A stretch of DNA of 62,885 bases, filler included, from Stramenopiles sp. TOSAG23-2 (taxonomy: Eukaryota): NCBI GenBank assembly GCA_900128395.1. It is 3 parts of 3 records of this genome, joined end to end, with 100 filler letters (N's around TTAATTAATTAA, not from the genome) between each part and the next. Parts side by side here need not be neighbours in the genome. Positions count along the whole stretch, not along the records: positions 42,016 to 62,885 come from LT649548.1; 2 more parts are not named here. One strand, 5' to 3'. The notes under the pieces are model-generated. The model was given only the letters and a program-made list of their open reading frames with translations, had not been told where the DNA came from and did not search any database. Position numbers and translations under genes: made by a program. This document shows, piece after piece, positions 58,696 through 62,885 of the stretch (positions are counted from its first letter, which is position 1; each line of letters begins with the position of its first letter).

Positions 58696-61600
58696 ATGGG
58701 ACGTGGTAGTTCTCCATTTGCATTAAATAATTTTATAGGTCATACGACAAAGTGTAATACATTGGTGGCAATAATAGCATTATCTTTCATACTGTTTCTT
58801 AATATACCATCAACATATGCTAGCGGTGCCGGTGCTAGTACTGTTTCTACAAGCATCGCTCCTACCAGATGCGTCTCACACACTGATTGCGGCGGCACAG
58901 GATTTTGTAACGGATCAAAGACATGTTTATCTTGTATAGATTGTGCTTGTGAAGATCTTGAAACAAATTGTCACCTAACGTGTGATCAATATCAAGATCT
59001 ATCGTCATCAACTTTAGTCGCAGGATTGGAAAATTCAGTTTATATAGTAACCTTTGCGGCTGTTTCAATAGGCTTATTTACTCTGCTATTAACATGCGTG
59101 CAATATATGCATTGTGGTATTTTTAATATAAAATTATGGAAGAAAATATGTAAGAAAATTGTCCGTAATAAACAAATAGAGCCACGTGATGATATTGAAG
59201 CTGCACGAGATATTGATGAAAAAGCAACATATAGATACAACGTTAAAGTATTGTTAGTCGACGAGGAAACGGATGATAGCGTTTGTTTCCTAGGACAAGT
59301 CCAATTGAAACCAAGTGCAACAGTGAGAGATTTAGAAGAGCAATCTGTTATTGTAATGGAAAAGGCATATAAAGAATGTACGAAAAAATGGTCGTTAGAT
59401 TCAGATGGTAAAATTTACAAGAATGGAGAAGTTGCATTGAATGGTTCCCTTTCTACTACTGCCATTGATACGACAGTTGAAAAGGTGGAGGTAGATAGAA
59501 AAAAGAAAGCTCTCAAAGATGCAAAGGCCGCTGCTGAGAAGAATACAATTAATGCAGCCGCGAAAGATGTTATCAAACGAGCCGAAATGGAATTGAAGAA
59601 TGCAGAAAATGCACTTGCCTTAAAAACAGCAATTAAAATTTGCACAGAGAAAAAAAGCACAATAAAACACTTATTGAAAGGTGACGAAGAAACAATATTC
59701 ATAGATAAAAACGATACAGAAAACATTTTTAAATTTTCCGACCATACTGCAGCATTAAAGTTTTTACAGTGTGGTGCTAAATTTAAGCAAAGTGACCATA
59801 CAACATTGTTGAAAAAGTTAGAAGCAATTGGATCAAGCGAATTAATAAATACTATTATTCCTGTTGAAATATGTATACCGATCAGACGTGAATGTGATGT
59901 AGATTTACTAGACGCAATGAAATATATATTAGAAGAAGAGACACGTGAAAAAATCCAACGTGGCGTTTTGCTGTATGAAAAAGGATCAGGAAAATCGAAT
60001 GAAACACGCTCACCAAGAACACCACATTCCCCATCTAACAAGAAAAATTTGAGTTGGCTACGTTCAAAAATAAAAAATAAAATGTTCAATCAATTTAAAA
60101 AATCGCGTGATGTCTCAAAGTTGAAAATAGAATTTTGGGCAATGCGAGTTCATACCACAGATATAACAAACGCGCATACAAAATTGGTAGCAACAATTAA
60201 CACTAGCTCAAATCACATTGTTGATAATATACAAATTTCGGGTGTGTTAATTTTAGGGGTTATATTTATGGGTCTGGTTACGCAGCTTGAAAATGTACCC
60301 TTGCGCCATGTCTTTACAATTTATTTAATTATTGCTGCCTCATTTTGGGCAGTAATGGAATTATCAATTCTTTTCATATGCACTAAATCTAAAAATCGTA
60401 GACATGATCAAAGTGCGCCATCGAAAAAAGCAACGTCATTTCATATTTGGTTGTACATTTTGTTTTTAATTGCGGCTGGTATAGTCTTACCCCTCTTTAT
60501 ATATACGCTTGTTTCAAGTAATGGAGAAATTATGCTCATACCAGCTCTGAGTACTCCAAATCTTGAAATTGTCGGTGAGGGTTGTAACTATCTATTATCT
60601 CCTTCTGAAGATGGTAATGTAAAAGTATTAGCAACTGTGGTTAACGGATATGGTAGTGCTACTTGGGCCAAAAACTTTGAAATAAAAACTGATGGTAATT
60701 TCACGATAATCACAGTTACACCAGATGCAGATGCCACTGCAATGATTAATGCTGCATTAGAACGAGCTGGATTCGCCACAGAAGATGACGCTGTGTCAGT
60801 AAACCAGACTAGTAAATTCACTGAAAAGTCACAATTACCAACTAGTTTACAATACAAATGTACAATCGAAATTTTTATTCCACCAGGCATCGACAACACG
60901 ATTCCGGTTGTTGCAAAAAACGATCTGTCAATACATGTAGTCCAACCAGAAATTGAGGTCCATACTACCAGCGTAAAAGATATTTTAAACTTCAAAGCTT
61001 TAGTGTTAGATGCAACAGATAAAACATATGGAACAATAAACTCGCGATTGTTCCAAATTCGAGTAAATTATTTGCATATGGAAGCCCATATGGTATCGGC
61101 GGAATTGACTGAGGTTTCCAGCGATTATACGGAGCTAAAGGCATTTGAAATGTATGGTGCAGCGGAAATGATACTACGAGGAACAGACCAAACCGCACTT
61201 CGAGTTATTACATCAAATGTCCCTGAAGATTTAGTGTGTGTTCGATCCGGCGGTCAGTTGTTCGTACAAAATGATAATGTAGCATTTTTGGCATCAAATA
61301 ACGATAAGTATGATTTCGCAACATTGCCACTTAGTGACACCGCTGAGTTAGTTATACAAGGAATGCTGAAAGGTTATTTCGCAATTGATACAAATGAAGG
61401 TACATGTAATAATGAGGGCCCATCGACCACCCGGGCATATAGTATTAATGATACAATACCAACCGCTATGACATTTGAAAGTGAGTCGGTAGAACATTTC
61501 AAAGCTGCGTTGTCAATGTATGATATAGTGTTGGTGACTGTATGGGGATATGAAGTTCCATTTCTATCTACATGGAGTTTCACAAATAATGATGCGTATC

Positions 61601-62885
61601 AGTATTTAAGTAGTAGCTACATTTCAGCGTTTTCGTTATCTGTGCTTGCACCATCCATTCACACGGTTGAATTACATGTAGACGAAAGCACATGTGTTAC
61701 AGGTTCGCATTTAAATAGTTTAAAAGAAAGGGAAATGCAAGTAGCCCTGGCGTTACGGAACTTGATTGGGGAAGAATCAGAGTTACAGCTGACATTTGTG
61801 AATGCATCTGGGCGATTTCATCGGGTTCCATCATATGAAGATTTAGAACATGGTGCTACGCTTTCCGTCCGGGTTTGGTCGGAACCGATTCAATGGATTG
61901 CCGGGGTATCTGTCGGTGCAACAATCACGTTTTGTTTCATATTAATATTTCTGTGGCAATCAGTCGGGCGGGTGTTATATTCTGAACGCATGGAAGCAAC
62001 GGCACATCGTTATTGCAAAGAAATTACCACCACGCGTCGAGAAACGGATGTCATTTCAGAACGTAATTTGCTGTACCAAAAATCTATCATATTACCACAT
62101 TTAAATTTCATACATTTATTGCAATTAGAACTATATTTTAATCGGAAAGGCAAAGAACACATAAAGGAGTTAGCAAAGTGGCCATGGCCTGGTATTTCAG
62201 TAAAATCATCTGATTTCCATGTCTTCATATTTCCAATATGGAGGGTAATACCCCAAGTCACGAAGCTAAAGATCAATCGTTTGATAAAGAAAGGGATAGA
62301 TGCGGTAGTAATGTCCGCCGTTATTTTACTACCTCTAGCTCCAGTATTTTTAGTCAGTTTGCTGTATAGATCTAGCGTTTTGTTTGAAGAGTTTCAAATC
62401 CAGCCTATGGACAGATTATTAATGCCATTAATCACAGTTGGTTCTGTAATTGCAGCATGCTGTTTATTATTTAGTTTCATAGATTTTATTATTGTAAAAG
62501 CTAGCCATGCAATATTTACAAGATGTAGTATAGACAAGAAGAGAGTAGATTCCATTTTTACAATAATTTTGTCCTTAACAAGCAGCATAAAAATGATTGC
62601 TTACATATTTTCAGCATTTTGTCTAGGTAATATAGGATGCTGGGTCATGCTTGGTATCTTGTTAAAACCAGAAAAAGCAATTCCAATGATAGCCGCCGCG
62701 GGTGCGTTAGTATGGCATATTTCGAATTATTCTAAGACATTAAACAAATTGTATGAATCTATGAACGATTCGTTGACTGGCGCAATTGATAGTGTAGCTA
62801 TCAAACTGCGCAAGAAATCAACAATAAAGTTACTGGGGAAAATTAACGATTTAGTGGATATTACAAATTTTGAGAAATATGGCGG
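58696..62885 (+). CDS. Mirror copy of the large membrane protein, 3' truncated at window end
   Basis: ATG GGA CGT GGT at 58696; inverted copy of 42016-46205. Confidence 0.75.
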   Translation, partial: MGRGSSPFALNNFIGHTTKCNTLVAIIALSFILFLNIPSTYASGAGASTVSTSIAPTRCVSHTDCGGTGFCNGSKTCLSCIDCACEDLETNCHLTCDQYQDLSSSTLVAGLENSVYIVTFAAVSIGLFTLLLTCVQYMHCGIFNIKLWKKICKKIVRNKQIEPRDDIEAARDIDEKATYRYNVKVLLVDEETDDSVCFLGQVQLKPSATVRDLEEQSVIVMEKAYKECTKKWSLDSDGKIYKNGEVALNGSLSTTAIDTTVEKVEVDRKKKALKDAKAAAEKNTINAAAKDVIKRAEMELKNAENALALKTAIKICTEKKSTIKHLLKGDEETIFIDKNDTENIFKFSDHTAALKFLQCGAKFKQSDHTTLLKKLEAIGSSELINTIIPVEICIPIRRECDVDLLDAMKYILEEETREKIQRGVLLYEKGSGKSNETRSPRTPHSPSNKKNLSWLRSKIKNKMFNQFKKSRDVSKLKIEFWAMRVHTTDITNAHTKLVATINTSSNHIVDNIQISGVLILGVIFMGLVTQLENVPLRHVFTIYLIIAASFWAVMELSILFICTKSKNRRHDQSAPSKKATSFHIWLYILFLIAAGIVLPLFIYTLVSSNGEIMLIPALSTPNLEIVGEGCNYLLSPSEDGNVKVLATVVNGYGSATWAKNFEIKTDGNFTIITVTPDADATAMINAALERAGFATEDDAVSVNQTSKFTEKSQLPTSLQYKCTIEIFIPPGIDNTIPVVAKNDLSIHVVQPEIEVHTTSVKDILNFKALVLDATDKTYGTINSRLFQIRVNYLHMEAHMVSAELTEVSSDYTELKAFEMYGAAEMILRGTDQTALRVITSNVPEDLVCVRSGGQLFVQNDNVAFLASNNDKYDFATLPLSDTAELVIQGMLKGYFAIDTNEGTCNNEGPSTTRAYSINDTIPTAMTFESESVEHFKAALSMYDIVLVTVWGYEVPFLSTWSFTNNDAYQYLSSSYISAFSLSVLAPSIHTVELHVDESTCVTGSHLNSLKEREMQVALALRNLIGEESELQLTFVNASGRFHRVPSYEDLEHGATLSVRVWSEPIQWIAGVSVGATITFCFILIFLWQSVGRVLYSERMEATAHRYCKEITTTRRETDVISERNLLYQKSIILPHLNFIHLLQLELYFNRKGKEHIKELAKWPWPGISVKSSDFHVFIFPIWRVIPQVTKLKINRLIKKGIDAVVMSAVILLPLAPVFLVSLLYRSSVLFEEFQIQPMDRLLMPLITVGSVIAACCLLFSFIDFIIVKASHAIFTRCSIDKKRVDSIFTIILSLTSSIKMIAYIFSAFCLGNIGCWVMLGILLKPEKAIPMIAAAGALVWHISNYSKTLNKLYESMNDSLTGAIDSVAIKLRKKSTIKLLGKINDLVDITNFEKYG

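Larger units (their letters stand above)
42016..62885. repeat. Whole-contig perfect palindrome (arms 42016-52450 and 52451-62885)
   Basis: Every ORF is mirrored with coordinates summing to 104901; ends are ccgccatatt... / ...aatatggcgg; the centre is an (AT)10 tract. Confidence 0.97.

Overview
AT-rich nuclear DNA of a flagellated microbial eukaryote. Flagellar/ciliary genes (DRC3, Rab23, a dynein-tail domain) and GT-AG introns support this; a stramenopile-like identity is only my inference. The window is three unrelated contigs of about 20.9 kb (1-20922, 21023-41915, 42016-62885) joined by artificial N44-TTAATTAATTAA-N44 spacers. Contig 1 carries MED7, a RanBP2 zinc-finger gene, DRC3, an FAD-oxidoreductase/PGS1-C-terminus fusion ORF, and a giant (>4,200 aa, 5'-truncated) DUF3638/DUF3645-type helicase-like multidomain gene split by a G8 frameshift. 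Contig 2 carries an ER-type H6PD, ankyrin proteins, a SAP/NUMOD1 frameshifted locus, a TAF1A/Rrn11-like gene with an in-frame Mei2-type RRM insertion, TrmB, a TA-flanked MITE, a GT62 mannosyltransferase, a stand-alone dynein-tail protein and a tRNA-Arg(ACG). It also has about 17 short tandem duplications that look like assembly artefacts. Contig 3 is one perfect 20.9-kb palindrome (membrane protein, Rab23, TAM41 and GLG1, each present twice) folded at an intronic (AT)n tract, most likely an artefact. The most striking observation is the tRNA-Arg(ACG) gene: it is interrupted at non-canonical position 42/43 by a 68-nt intron with full spliceosomal signals (CAG|GTACGT ... CTAAC ... TAG|).
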